DNA of 64,000 nucleotides from a bacterium (GTDB lineage Bacteria > Patescibacteriota > Microgenomatia > Levybacterales > UBA12049). The notes beneath the pieces are model-generated. The model saw only the letters and a program-made list of their open reading frames with translations, was not told the origin of the DNA and did no database searches. Positions 44,401 through 54,897 of this stretch are shown here, in pieces; the first letter of the stretch is position 1; each line of letters opens with the position of its first letter. Position numbers and translations under genes: made by a program. The stretch is from positions 5,082-69,081 of the forward strand of contig JAJYDJ010000002.1 in assembly GCA_021777565.1 (NCBI GenBank), given 5' to 3'.

Positions 44401-46545
44401 GTGTACGTTTTTATGGGGCAATTCCAGTCACTATTTCTTACTATTGCAAATGTTTTTATCGTCATCGGGGATGTCGTGCTCACATTACTTTCATACCTTC
44501 TGCATGGTATCCAGTATGCCCTCTTTCCCCTATGGAAGTTCTTGACAAAACCCAAACACAGGAAGCATGGCAGAAAAAAAATAATTTCTTTTTGGAATAA
44601 ATTGAGATATTTTTCATTTGGTCTTTTTGTTGCAATTGTTTTTATTTGTATCCCATTTATTGCAATTACCTTTTTGACAACACTCCCTAACCCTGTCCAA
44701 TTAAAATTAAATTTAGCTCCTCAAACGACCAATATTTACGACCGACACGGGACACTTCTGTACCAAATTTATGCTGACCAAAACCGGGTAAATATTCCTC
44801 TTTCCCAAATACCAAAGTCACTACAACAGGCCACCATCGCAATCGAAGATAAGACGTTCTATAACAATCCAGGCTTTGATCCTGTGGCCATACTGAGAGC
44901 GTTTATCAATGATTTGCAGGGCAAACACCTGCAGGGAGCCTCCACTATCACCCAGCAACTTATCAAATCTGCTCTTCTGACCCCAGAGAGAAGTATTGCT
45001 CGAAAGATCGAAGAGGTAGTGCTCGCATCGTGGGCAGAACGACTTTATAGCAAAGATCAAATTCTTGCCATGTATCTCAACCAGGTTCCCTATGGAGGTA
45101 GTGCCTGGGGGGTTGAATCCGCAGCAGAAACGTATTTTGGTAAACATGTGTGGGACCTTGATCTTGCTGAGTGTGCATTCCTGGCAGGCTTACCGCAAGC
45201 CCCCACCACATACTCACCATTTGGAAGTACACCAAATGCCTGGAAAGAAAGACAGAAAGAAGTGCTTTCCCACATGGTCACAGAGCACTTTATTACTCAG
45301 AAGCAAGCAGACGGAGCATCTGCAGAGGTGTTATCTTTTGTCAATCAACGCATACCATTGGCCGCGCCTCATTTTGTTTTTTACGTCAAAGATTTATTGG
45401 AGAGCTATTTAGGACAAGCGATCGTTGAAAAAGGTGGGTTGAATGTTGTTACCACACTGGATCTTCCACTTCAGCAACAGGTGCAGCAAATTGTTGCCAC
45501 AGAAGTGCAAAATGACCAGTATCTTAACCTTACCAATGGCGCTGCCATGGTGGTAAACCCTCATACTGGAGAAATCCTTGCAATGGTTGGCTCACGCGGC
45601 TATAACAGTGCGCCAGATGGTAATGTAAATGTGACAACAGCCATCAGACAACCAGGATCCAGTATCAAAATCGTTACCTATGCCGCGGCTCTGGCACATG
45701 GTTTTACCGCCGCAACGATCCTGAATGATGCACCCGTTGTCTATAACAACGGTAGTGAAATATACGCCCCCGTCAATTACGATGGGAAATTCCATGGCAA
45801 TGTTCCACTTCGTATTGCACTTGCCAATTCTTTTAACATTCCTGCAGTCAAAACACTGGATACCATCGGACTTCCTACCTTCGTGGCCCAGGGGCGTGCG
45901 ATGGGACTCTCTCATCTCAAGGACGCTTCACAATACGGACTTTCAGCGACCCTCGGAGGCGTTGATACCACGATGGTTGACATGATGACTGCCTACACCA
46001 CCCTTGCCAATACGGGCAAGAGAGTCCCTCTGACACCAATTATGAAAGTGACAGATCGTAATGGACAGGTACTCATGACGGCAAATCCCGGTGCACAACC
46101 CCAGGTTGTTGACCCAGGCATTGCCTACATACTCACCTCTATCCTTTCTGACAATCAAGCACGATCTTGGGAGTTTGGAACTAATTCACCATTATTCATC
46201 CCTGGGCACACGGTCGCGGTCAAAACAGGAACGACTGATGATAAACGGGATAACTGGACCTTTGGATACACCCCATCCTTTGTCGCAGGAGTTTGGGTTG
46301 GGAATAATGATAATTCGCCTATGAGCCAGACTCTTGCTTCTGGGATCACGGGTGCCGCACCAATTTGGAACAAAATTATGACACTGCTGCTTGGAGATAG
46401 TCCTGATCAAACCTATCCAGTCCCATCGGATGTGATCAGTAAACCTTGTCTTGGCAAGACAGAATATTTCATTCAAGGAACAGAAAATAGTGTTAATTGC
46501 ACTCCTCTTCCCACCTGGACACCGACTCCAACACCAGTCAAATAA
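44401..46545 (+). CDS. Second class A penicillin-binding protein (tandem paralog)
   Basis: EDKTFYNNPGFD, GASTITQQLIKS, GSSIKIVTY and KTGTTDD. Roughly 45-50% identity to the upstream PBP by eye. Confidence 0.85.
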   Translation: MYVFMGQFQSLFLTIANVFIVIGDVVLTLLSYLLHGIQYALFPLWKFLTKPKHRKHGRKKIISFWNKLRYFSFGLFVAIVFICIPFIAITFLTTLPNPVQLKLNLAPQTTNIYDRHGTLLYQIYADQNRVNIPLSQIPKSLQQATIAIEDKTFYNNPGFDPVAILRAFINDLQGKHLQGASTITQQLIKSALLTPERSIARKIEEVVLASWAERLYSKDQILAMYLNQVPYGGSAWGVESAAETYFGKHVWDLDLAECAFLAGLPQAPTTYSPFGSTPNAWKERQKEVLSHMVTEHFITQKQADGASAEVLSFVNQRIPLAAPHFVFYVKDLLESYLGQAIVEKGGLNVVTTLDLPLQQQVQQIVATEVQNDQYLNLTNGAAMVVNPHTGEILAMVGSRGYNSAPDGNVNVTTAIRQPGSSIKIVTYAAALAHGFTAATILNDAPVVYNNGSEIYAPVNYDGKFHGNVPLRIALANSFNIPAVKTLDTIGLPTFVAQGRAMGLSHLKDASQYGLSATLGGVDTTMVDMMTAYTTLANTGKRVPLTPIMKVTDRNGQVLMTANPGAQPQVVDPGIAYILTSILSDNQARSWEFGTNSPLFIPGHTVAVKTGTTDDKRDNWTFGYTPSFVAGVWVGNNDNSPMSQTLASGITGAAPIWNKIMTLLLGDSPDQTYPVPSDVISKPCLGKTEYFIQGTENSVNCTPLPTWTPTPTPVK

Positions 46546-46548
46546 AGA

Positions 46549-47187
46549 CTACTGAAGCAACGCTTGAAGATCCTGATACGCCTTGTTCACATCGGATGCA
46601 GTAAAGAGTGCATGGGTCACAACAAAATCGGTGGCGCCCGCTTCTTTTGCCTGAGGCAGGGTTTCACTATTGATGCCTCCATCGACTTCAATAGGCAGAA
46701 ATGGCGTTTGTGAGCGAAGTGACCGAACTTTCTCAAGCATTTCTGGCATAAATTCTTGATTGGAATGCCCTGCTTTGACTGTCATTACAAATAAAAAATC
46801 CAAATCTTCAAAAGATACATCCGTAAGCGCCGTAACAGGCGTTGGGGTATCAAGAGCAAGCCCTACCTGCCCATATTGTTCTGCTTTGGCAACAAAAGAA
46901 GCAATGTCCGGCATTTTCTCAACATGACCAATAAATTTTTTAAATCCATTCAGCGCAAAAGACTCTACATACTTTTCAGGATCCTCCACCATCAAGTGAA
47001 CCTCTAAAAAATATTTCTGGGCATATGGTTTAAAGATCGTTGGATCAAGAACAGTCGTGTTGTCTGCAAATTTTCCATCTATAACATCTATGTGAATAGT
47101 TGTCGTCAGGTCCTTTACCAGTGCAATCTTTTTTTCAATTCCCAGGGCCTCGTGTTCTAGAATTCCGGGGATAATAGTGTAGTGCAT
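46549..47187 (-). CDS. rpe: Ribulose-phosphate 3-epimerase
   Basis: IIPGILEHE...IHIDVIDGKF...IEVDGGIN. Start at the internal Met. Confidence 0.85.
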   Translation of the reverse strand: MHYTIIPGILEHEALGIEKKIALVKDLTTTIHIDVIDGKFADNTTVLDPTIFKPYAQKYFLEVHLMVEDPEKYVESFALNGFKKFIGHVEKMPDIASFVAKAEQYGQVGLALDTPTPVTALTDVSFEDLDFLFVMTVKAGHSNQEFMPEMLEKVRSLRSQTPFLPIEVDGGINSETLPQAKEAGATDFVVTHALFTASDVNKAYQDLQALLQ

Positions 47188-47188
47188 A

Positions 47189-47626
47189 TTAGACTGTTTC
47201 CATTTTTTCGACTCTTCTTTCATGTCTTTCACTTTGAACATAATTAGTGTTCAGAAATATATCTACGAGTTGTTTTGCCAATTCTTCTGATATAACATCA
47301 GATGCCAATGCGAGGACATTTAAGTCATCGTCTTCACGCGCTTCCTTCACTTGTGTCTCGTCAAACCCGATAGCCGCTCGAATCCCTTTTACCTTGTTTG
47401 CGACGATGTCTACCCCTACTCCACTGCCGCAAATAACGATCCCTTTCCCATCCTCTTTCTCTGCCACATTGGTCGCAACCGCATGTGCATACTCTGGGAA
47501 GTCATCACCAGGATTATGCTCATACGCTCCACAATCTACCACGGTGTACCCCTGCTCATTCAGCCATGCACGAAGTTGCTCTTTGAGGACAAACCCCCGA
47601 TGATCGGCACCAATAAAAACGGTCAC
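47189..47626 (-). CDS. rpiB: Ribose-5-phosphate isomerase B
   Basis: VFIGADHRGF...GIVICGSGVGVDIVANKV. Probable GTG start with SD aagga. The N-terminal extension in the track is rejected. Confidence 0.8.
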   Translation of the reverse strand: MTVFIGADHRGFVLKEQLRAWLNEQGYTVVDCGAYEHNPGDDFPEYAHAVATNVAEKEDGKGIVICGSGVGVDIVANKVKGIRAAIGFDETQVKEAREDDDLNVLALASDVISEELAKQLVDIFLNTNYVQSERHERRVEKMETV

Positions 47627-48579
47627 GCGATATTCCTTTCCCTTAGACTCATTTCCAATTGGGATGGATCCATGAGTCCTTGTTGTCCACCGCCATGAGC
47701 GATGACAGATGCGGCATTTGCACTCCCCCATAGCAGTGCCTCTTGAAGTGTTTTCCCTTGAATATACGCTGCCGTAAATCCACTGGAGAATGCATCCCCT
47801 GCACCGGTTTTTTCAACAAATGATGTTGGCAGACTTTCCTGGAAGAAATACTGACCGCTATCATCCCTAACGGTCGCACCTTTTTCCCCTTGCGTTACGA
47901 CGACAATGCGTGGACCCTTTGCATGAAGCTCATCCATGATTGCATGCAGATCGCTATCTACCCCTTTGCCGACAAGGCCAGCTGCCTCTTCATTGTTTAC
48001 CAGGAGTACTTCAGTCTTGGCAAGAACAGGCAACAATGCTTCCAAACCGGCATGTAGCTGCATACTTCCCGGGTTAAAAATAATTTTTGCGTGTGTTTGG
48101 TCACTGTGAGTAAGTACCCGCGTATACAACTCTTGCCAGGTATTGCCAACTGAAGCCAGATATACCCACGGTGCAGTAACATCATCAATTGGGAGATTAT
48201 GTTCACGAACTTCTTGGTGAACGAATTCCGTTCGCTCTCCTGTCATGTCCAAGACGACGGCAAAAGAAGCCTTAGCTCCAGGAGTAATCACCACATGACT
48301 ACAATCAATGTTTTCTTTCTTCAACATATCAAGTGCGCTGTTACTCAATGCATCATCCCCAGTCTCCGCCGTAAGAACAGGAGTGACACCGAGCCGGGAA
48401 AGTCCAATGGTTACATTGACGGCACACCCGCCCAAATGGATATCTGTTTGGGGAATTGCAATCTTTGAGCCAAGAGGAATGGTTATTGCATTGGATACTG
48501 AAACTATTTCAGGATTCTTTTCTGCATGAAGGAACATGTCCAGCATGATATTTCCTACACAAAGCACCTGTGGTTGCAT
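47623..48579 (-). CDS. PfkB-family carbohydrate kinase (ribokinase-like)
   Basis: C-terminal GAGDAFSSGFTAAYIQG...ANAASV motif. Confidence 0.8.
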   Translation of the reverse strand: MQPQVLCVGNIMLDMFLHAEKNPEIVSVSNAITIPLGSKIAIPQTDIHLGGCAVNVTIGLSRLGVTPVLTAETGDDALSNSALDMLKKENIDCSHVVITPGAKASFAVVLDMTGERTEFVHQEVREHNLPIDDVTAPWVYLASVGNTWQELYTRVLTHSDQTHAKIIFNPGSMQLHAGLEALLPVLAKTEVLLVNNEEAAGLVGKGVDSDLHAIMDELHAKGPRIVVVTQGEKGATVRDDSGQYFFQESLPTSFVEKTGAGDAFSSGFTAAYIQGKTLQEALLWGSANAASVIAHGGGQQGLMDPSQLEMSLRERNIA

Positions 48580-48667
48580 ACATTCATGCTAGTAGAAATC
48601 GCTCATCATTTCAAGTTAATCTCTGGGCTGTATTTTCAGTACTTCGTGTTACAATAAAAGTACTTCT

Positions 48668-50419
48668 ATGAAAAAATGGATTCCCATCGGTTTTGTTTTA
48701 TGCCTCGTACTGATAGGGGTTGGGCAGTTTCTTATTCACTCAGTGTATTCAGATGAGCTTGATGACGTGACAAAACAGCTTAATGATCTGACCAATCAGC
48801 TTAATTCCTCTATCAATGCCACACGGCCTCTTGAGTCACAGCTCGCACAAATGCAGCAACAAATTACTGATATCAAAAACCGTGTAACGTTTATCGAACA
48901 AGATGTTGCCGCCAAGAAAGCCAACATTGCCCAAAGTGAGGCAGATATTTCTACCAAGACAGAAATTTTCAACGAGAAAGTACGAGATTATTACATCCAG
49001 ACAGTCGCCAACAACCCTATGTATCTGCTTCTTGCGTCCCACGATGCTGGGAACATTACTCAAATCCTTGCCTATCAGAAGGCAACATCCGATCAGGATA
49101 AAGCAGTGATTACTAATATCGCTCTTTCCATTGCTGATCTCGAGCAGAAAAAAGCCGCACTGGAAGCAGAAGAGACCCGTCTGGTGAGCGTAAAAGCTGA
49201 ACTCGACCAACAAAGTGCAAAGCTTGATACCGTCATCCAAGGAGCCAAAGCGTACCAGGCATCACTCTCTTCCCAGATTGCTCAACTCTCAGCCAAACAA
49301 CAACAGCTCATCGCAGCCAAACTTGGCAGTTTGGGACTTCCAACCTCTGCCTACACGACCTCGGGCGGCTGTTCGAGCGATCTTACCAACGGTAAAGATC
49401 CAGGATTTTCTCCTAAATTTGGCGCGTTTTCTTTCGGTGTTCCACACCGAGTTGGTATGAGCCAATATGGTGCGAAAGGGCGAGCAGATGCTGGGCAATC
49501 AACAGAAGATATTTTGCATGCATACTATAACGCTGACCTAAATAAGGGGTATGGCACCGGATATACCATTCATGTCGTTGGAGATAACGAATTTGGTGAA
49601 CATCTGGATAACAACTGGAATATTGAAGACTACGTAAAACACATCTATGAAATGCCAACCAACTGGAATCCTGCAGCACTGCGAGCACAAGCGGTTGCCG
49701 CACGTACCTATGCGCTTGCCTATACCAACAATGGATCAAGCACGATTTGTCCAACACAAGACTGCCAAGTAGTAAAGACCGAACTAAATTCTCAAGCATG
49801 GATTGATGCAGTGAATGCAACAGCAGGTTGGGTGCTCACCAGTGGTGGACAACCAATCAAGGCATGGTTCTCCTCTACCGCTGGTGGCTATTTCCACTCC
49901 TCAAGTGACGTGGGCTGGTCCAGCACTTCCTATACCAAGACCGGACTTGATGCGAGTGGATCAGTTGGAAGTTTCTCTGATCTACAAAATAATGCCTATG
50001 ACAAGAGCTCCCCTTGGTTTTACTGTGACTGGGGTAGTCGTTCAAGTTATTCCAATACTGCCTGGCTTAAGCCCGAAGAACTTGCCGATATTGCCAACGT
50101 TATCATGCTTGCCAAGAACGATTCTAGTACCCAACCACATCTTGCCCAGCCCGATAAACCAAACCCCGATGGCACTGACACCTGGGATGCAGGGAGAGTG
50201 CAACAGGAGTTGAAAAATCGTGGCATCACTCCATTTACATCGGTTGATTCTGTCTCGGTTAACGCTGATTTTGGCAGTGGCACGACAACCAATGTCCAAG
50301 TCTCTGGTAATGGGATGTCACAATCCTTCAATGGCACTGATTTTAAAAACTTCTTTAACTTGCGTGCACCATCAAACATCAACATCGTTGGACCGTTGTA
50401 TAACATTGAGAAACGATGA
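48668..50419 (+). CDS. SpoIID/LytB-domain protein with a long N-terminal coiled coil
   Basis: Signal/TM, roughly 200-aa coiled coil, then AALRAQAVAARTYALAYTNNG (SpoIID signature). Confidence 0.7.
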   Translation: MKKWIPIGFVLCLVLIGVGQFLIHSVYSDELDDVTKQLNDLTNQLNSSINATRPLESQLAQMQQQITDIKNRVTFIEQDVAAKKANIAQSEADISTKTEIFNEKVRDYYIQTVANNPMYLLLASHDAGNITQILAYQKATSDQDKAVITNIALSIADLEQKKAALEAEETRLVSVKAELDQQSAKLDTVIQGAKAYQASLSSQIAQLSAKQQQLIAAKLGSLGLPTSAYTTSGGCSSDLTNGKDPGFSPKFGAFSFGVPHRVGMSQYGAKGRADAGQSTEDILHAYYNADLNKGYGTGYTIHVVGDNEFGEHLDNNWNIEDYVKHIYEMPTNWNPAALRAQAVAARTYALAYTNNGSSTICPTQDCQVVKTELNSQAWIDAVNATAGWVLTSGGQPIKAWFSSTAGGYFHSSSDVGWSSTSYTKTGLDASGSVGSFSDLQNNAYDKSSPWFYCDWGSRSSYSNTAWLKPEELADIANVIMLAKNDSSTQPHLAQPDKPNPDGTDTWDAGRVQQELKNRGITPFTSVDSVSVNADFGSGTTTNVQVSGNGMSQSFNGTDFKNFFNLRAPSNINIVGPLYNIEKR

Positions 50420-50446
50420 TATATCAGTCTAAATCACAGCTATTCA

Positions 50447-51439
50447 TTGCATTCAGAGGGTGGATCAGTATACTATAGAGGCATGCCTGATATCTTTGTT
50501 GCCGAACCAGAATCCAGCAATGAACCGACACGATACGGGAGAGTAAGTGACACAGATCAGCCTGAGTCACAAACAACGACACCTTCTACCCCTGAGTATC
50601 CATCCAACCCCCTTCCCCCGACACCACCGGTATACACACCGCCGACAACACCTGTGGAACCTCCCTCATTCCAACCATTACAAACAGAACCTGCCCAACC
50701 TATGCCCGAGATCGAGGTCAATGATGTAGATACTCCATCTCCCCTCGGTGAACAATTCCATACGCCAGACATGACCCAGGGGGCGCAAGCAAATATGTCG
50801 CAAGAAAACACATTCCCTGTCATGCCAAATTACAATCTTGTGCATGAATCACACACCTCAAGTATTCCTCTTTTTACCAGTTTTTGGCAGAATCCAACAG
50901 GCGTGTATTTTGATACGCAGGGAGCACACGAGCAGATTTTGATCTTTTTAAGAAAGCATTTTATTACCAATGTTCCCTGGCTCGCCAGTGTAACTTTTTT
51001 CATCATTGCCCCATTTGGTATCCAGTTTGCCCTGCAATATGAACATGTCAATCTAGCTCTATTTAACGTCTTCACACAGTCACAAATTCGCGTTGCGCTT
51101 ACCTTCTATCTTATTCTCATTTTTACGTATGCCTTCATTAAGTTCTTAAGCTGGTATTACAACATTTCACTTATTACTCAGGAGCGCGTTTTGGATATCG
51201 AGCTTGAAGATTTAGTAAATAAGCGTGTCGCGGCGACAAAGATTTCTCTTGTCCAGGATATTACCTATCAGCAGTCAGGAGCCATAGGATCACTTTTGGA
51301 CTTTGGCGACGTACTGATCCAGACCGCAGGTACACAAGATAACTTTATTATTAATAGCGTCCCCCGTCCAGAACTCGTTATTAAGATCGTCGAGGATATT
51401 ATTGGACGAGAAAGGACACCGTTCTCACCAGGCGTATAA
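50447..51439 (+). CDS. Pro/Thr-rich membrane protein with a C-terminal bacterial PH-like (YdbT-like) domain
   Basis: N-terminal PT-rich region, TM helices, then a C-terminal beta-rich segment. Weak family call. Confidence 0.4.
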   Translation: MHSEGGSVYYRGMPDIFVAEPESSNEPTRYGRVSDTDQPESQTTTPSTPEYPSNPLPPTPPVYTPPTTPVEPPSFQPLQTEPAQPMPEIEVNDVDTPSPLGEQFHTPDMTQGAQANMSQENTFPVMPNYNLVHESHTSSIPLFTSFWQNPTGVYFDTQGAHEQILIFLRKHFITNVPWLASVTFFIIAPFGIQFALQYEHVNLALFNVFTQSQIRVALTFYLILIFTYAFIKFLSWYYNISLITQERVLDIELEDLVNKRVAATKISLVQDITYQQSGAIGSLLDFGDVLIQTAGTQDNFIINSVPRPELVIKIVEDIIGRERTPFSPGV

Positions 51440-51689
51440 CTCTATGCAAAATGTCTTTGCCATCATTGCAAATTTGAATGCACTCTTGCAGCCAAATACA
51501 ATTTTTAAAGGAATTTTTCTTTTCCTTATTCTGTGCCATCTTATCTTTATGATCGTCGTCTTAGGTCAGGTTCGCGCTATGGAAAAAATCATTACCCAGC
51601 CACTTTCTTCTGCGGTACTCGGATTTGTCTGTCTCCTTTTGATTGCCAGTAGCATTGGACTTTTCGCGGTTACATTACACTTGCCCTAA
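51402..51689 (+). CDS. Small membrane protein (95 aa)
   Basis: Two hydrophobic helices. Overlaps the upstream gene end. Confidence 0.3.
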   Translation: MDEKGHRSHQAYNSMQNVFAIIANLNALLQPNTIFKGIFLFLILCHLIFMIVVLGQVRAMEKIITQPLSSAVLGFVCLLLIASSIGLFAVTLHLP

Positions 51690-53434
51690 TGTATACCAAT
51701 TATCATATTGATTTTACTGGAATTACGGGACTGCCTGATGAAACGACCTGGACACAGGTATACCATGCGGGCAATTTAAGCGTGCTCATTGTCCTTCAGG
51801 AGAAAAAACCCGATGAAGAAGATAGGACAAAACTTGCAAAGAAGGGTCAGCATATCCTCCACTCACTTGAGGCTGAATTTTTTTCATTACAGACAAAAAC
51901 ACTATCAACTATTAAAAAAATAATTGAAGAACTCATAGAAGACAACAAAGACTTGCTTTCCTCCTGTGCTATCAGTGTCACCTCAGAGCACATGTATATC
52001 TACACCTATGGGCAAGCAAGTATCCTCCTTTCACGAGGAGGGCACGCTGGCAAAATCATGGGTCCAAGTGAAGAACTCGTCGCGCTTGAGGGGAAAAGAG
52101 AACCAGGCGATCAGCTCCTGTTGGTCACTCAGGCACTTCTTGAAGCCATTCCTGCAAAAGATTTATTAGAAGGACTGACCCTTTCTCCTGATGAGTTCCA
52201 TGAGACGTATATGGCACGTATTCACGAGGCTCAAGATCCACACCTTGCCTGTGCTCGTATTGATGTGCTCCCTGAACCAGAAGAAGAAAATGCCTTTGAA
52301 CAAACTCCAGACGAGACATCTGAGGAAACTCCTGAGATAGATGAACCAATACAGGAAGCAAAACAGGCACCAGAAGAGAAAGAGGAAGAGGAAACACCAC
52401 CTGCCCCGCCAATAAAGCTCTCTGAAGCCACAGAAAGACGACGAGAGAGAAGTGAGTCATTCGGGCAACGTTTCCCCCACCGCAAGAGACTTCTCTGGAC
52501 CATCACTCTTCTTATCGCGATTACCTTTATTGTCAGTATTATTCTGTATATGAGAAATTCTCAGGAGCGTAAAATTCATGATCTTTTCCAAACATCTGTT
52601 ATCCCTCTTGAGAAAACCATTACTGATGCACAGGCAATTGAGTCTATTAACCCCACACAAGCACAACAACAACTCAGTGATGCCAAGGGACAATTAGAGA
52701 AACTCCTTCCTCAATTCCCAACAAATTCTAGTGAATACAAACAAATACAAGACCTGCTCAACAAGCTTCAAAGTGGTGCACAGAATGCAACGACCCTCCC
52801 ACTCGCCTCCTCACCCAGTCCCCTCCTTCAGGCATGGATCGCCCATCCAGACACGACCGCCGGATTTGAAGATACGAAAGACTTTTATCTCGCCAATACA
52901 ACCAATGTGACACGAACCCAGAAAAGCACATCAACAAGTGACACCATGCTTTCCAACAAGTCATATTGGGACAGCGCAAAGTCAGTCGTTATTTATAGTG
53001 GGAATATTTACCTGCTCAGCACTCAGGATGTGCTCAAATTTGTCCCAAGTGGCAGTGGCTACAGCAAGTCTTCCTACTTTGCCCAGACAACCGATGTAAG
53101 TCAGGCAACAAGCATTGCAGTTGATCAAAACATGTGGGTTGGGATGCATGATGGCTCAATCGCAAAGTATAACCGAGGGAAAATACAAACATTTACCCTT
53201 AGCTCATCTATGGGTAAACCCCAAACCATCTCCTATCTTTTTACCACACCAGATAGTGATTCACTCTTTGCCATCGACACAACCCAGTCGCTTCTGTATG
53301 TCATAAATAAATCTGGAAGTGTGACCAAAACTATTCCTGTAGCCCCTGGTATTCAGGCAGCCACTCTTTTACCAGATGCCTCTGCGATCCAGGTTGTGAT
53401 TGGTGGAAAGATCTATCAAGTAGCACTTCAATAA
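51689..53434 (+). CDS. Hypothetical protein with an acidic linker, a TM helix and a C-terminal beta-rich domain
   Basis: Glu-rich segment (EPEEENAFEQTPDETSEETPEIDEP). TM LWTITLLIAITFIVSIILY. Confidence 0.5.
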   Translation: MYTNYHIDFTGITGLPDETTWTQVYHAGNLSVLIVLQEKKPDEEDRTKLAKKGQHILHSLEAEFFSLQTKTLSTIKKIIEELIEDNKDLLSSCAISVTSEHMYIYTYGQASILLSRGGHAGKIMGPSEELVALEGKREPGDQLLLVTQALLEAIPAKDLLEGLTLSPDEFHETYMARIHEAQDPHLACARIDVLPEPEEENAFEQTPDETSEETPEIDEPIQEAKQAPEEKEEEETPPAPPIKLSEATERRRERSESFGQRFPHRKRLLWTITLLIAITFIVSIILYMRNSQERKIHDLFQTSVIPLEKTITDAQAIESINPTQAQQQLSDAKGQLEKLLPQFPTNSSEYKQIQDLLNKLQSGAQNATTLPLASSPSPLLQAWIAHPDTTAGFEDTKDFYLANTTNVTRTQKSTSTSDTMLSNKSYWDSAKSVVIYSGNIYLLSTQDVLKFVPSGSGYSKSSYFAQTTDVSQATSIAVDQNMWVGMHDGSIAKYNRGKIQTFTLSSSMGKPQTISYLFTTPDSDSLFAIDTTQSLLYVINKSGSVTKTIPVAPGIQAATLLPDASAIQVVIGGKIYQVALQ

Positions 53435-54897
53435 CGCTGATAAATAGTCCCTACTTCTCCTGAGAAGATAGGATGAAACCCTGCTTTCAGTGCCGCCTTA
53501 CTCAAAGAGAATGAGGATTGGTCTGTTGGCATAAGCCATTTTAAGAATGCAGGTAGCTTTCTGGATTTTGTATCAGTTTTCTCTTTTGGTAACAGAAGTG
53601 TCGTGATATTGTATTCCTTGGCAACTTTCGTAAAAGACAGTTTTCCCATGCCAAGAGCCAGATAATCTCCAAAGGCATACGAACTCTCCCCTGCTATATT
53701 CTGGCGCCAACTAGGCATACGCCCATCAATAAATTCCTTTTCATTTGGAAGTTGCCAGATAACATACCCACCCCAGTTATATAAGGTGAACAGGTGGCCA
53801 TAGAATGGATGCGACTTCAAATAAGCAACTTCCTGTACTGGATACATTCTCTCCTGTCGCATGTCCCTGACTGCCATAAGAGTAATGCCCATTTGGACAA
53901 GACAGCAAAGTGCAATACCGCCAATGACAAACCGATTCGCAATGCGTAGTCTCACCAGCTGTTCTTTGTCCAAACTTGCAACCAGCGCTTCACACAACAT
54001 TCCCATATACACTGTTGCAAAGACAAACCACAGCACAATATTTCGCATGCTAGAAAGAGCCATGAGTGATAAAAGAAAAAAGAATGCATGAGAGACAATC
54101 CCCACTTTTCTCCAAAACAGGAGCAAGATGCCAATGATGACTCCAAACCCAAGCCACAGAGAGAACAAATCAAAGGCAAAGATTGATGGTTGCCACTCGA
54201 TGATGTATTGGCGAAGTGCCCGATCACTCATAGATGACCACACTTCTTGCCACAGATGATACCCATATGGATTTACAAACGTTACCAGAATACTCAATAA
54301 AAAAATACTAAGATGATACACCGGCAGTCTTCTCTTCTCTATCCACATCCCAACGGTATACATTCCGAGAGCAGCTAGCCCTATAGGGAATCCTCCATGC
54401 ACGTTAGCCCACAGGAGAAAAAGGAGTGGGAATACCCCAAAAAACTTCTTTTTAGAGAGCATCCACAAGGTAAAAGCAAAGAAAAACCATGTGAGTATTT
54501 GTGGTCTGACACCGACAAAGACAAGCATGGTTGTTCCACTCAGGATTAACAGTCCAATCCCGTACTGGCATACCCGTTTTGAAAGTGTCAGATACCCTAA
54601 AACCAAACTCCCAACGGTAATGGCAGCAACGATCGCTGATAACCCAACAAGCCCAAAAATAGGGAACGTTAATGCAATAAACACATCAGTCAGCCATTCA
54701 TGGTCGACCGCATGAAAACTTGGCATGGTATAGGAGAACGGATCAGTTTTCGGGATGCCATGTGCGAGGATCAACTGTCCCATTTTTAGATGCCACCCAA
54801 AATCTGGATCAAGTACCACCGCCCCACGTATCCAAAATACGAGGAAAAATATAGTACAAATAAGAATAAGTAGTTTTTTCATCCGATCCACCACCAA
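53428..54897 (-). CDS. Polytopic membrane protein, GT-C-like glycosyl/mannosyltransferase candidate
   Basis: At least 11 predicted TM helices. No soluble domain. Confidence 0.45.
   Translation of the reverse strand: MVVDRMKKLLILICTIFFLVFWIRGAVVLDPDFGWHLKMGQLILAHGIPKTDPFSYTMPSFHAVDHEWLTDVFIALTFPIFGLVGLSAIVAAITVGSLVLGYLTLSKRVCQYGIGLLILSGTTMLVFVGVRPQILTWFFFAFTLWMLSKKKFFGVFPLLFLLWANVHGGFPIGLAALGMYTVGMWIEKRRLPVYHLSIFLLSILVTFVNPYGYHLWQEVWSSMSDRALRQYIIEWQPSIFAFDLFSLWLGFGVIIGILLLFWRKVGIVSHAFFFLLSLMALSSMRNIVLWFVFATVYMGMLCEALVASLDKEQLVRLRIANRFVIGGIALCCLVQMGITLMAVRDMRQERMYPVQEVAYLKSHPFYGHLFTLYNWGGYVIWQLPNEKEFIDGRMPSWRQNIAGESSYAFGDYLALGMGKLSFTKVAKEYNITTLLLPKEKTDTKSRKLPAFLKWLMPTDQSSFSLSKAALKAGFHPIFSGEVGTIYQRY

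Noticed and set aside
47627-47731. N-terminal 35-aa extension of rpiB (MGECKCRICHRSWRW...)
   Set aside because: The RpiB homology starts at an internal GTG with a good SD (aagga). The extension has no counterpart in RpiB proteins and overlaps the upstream kinase gene.
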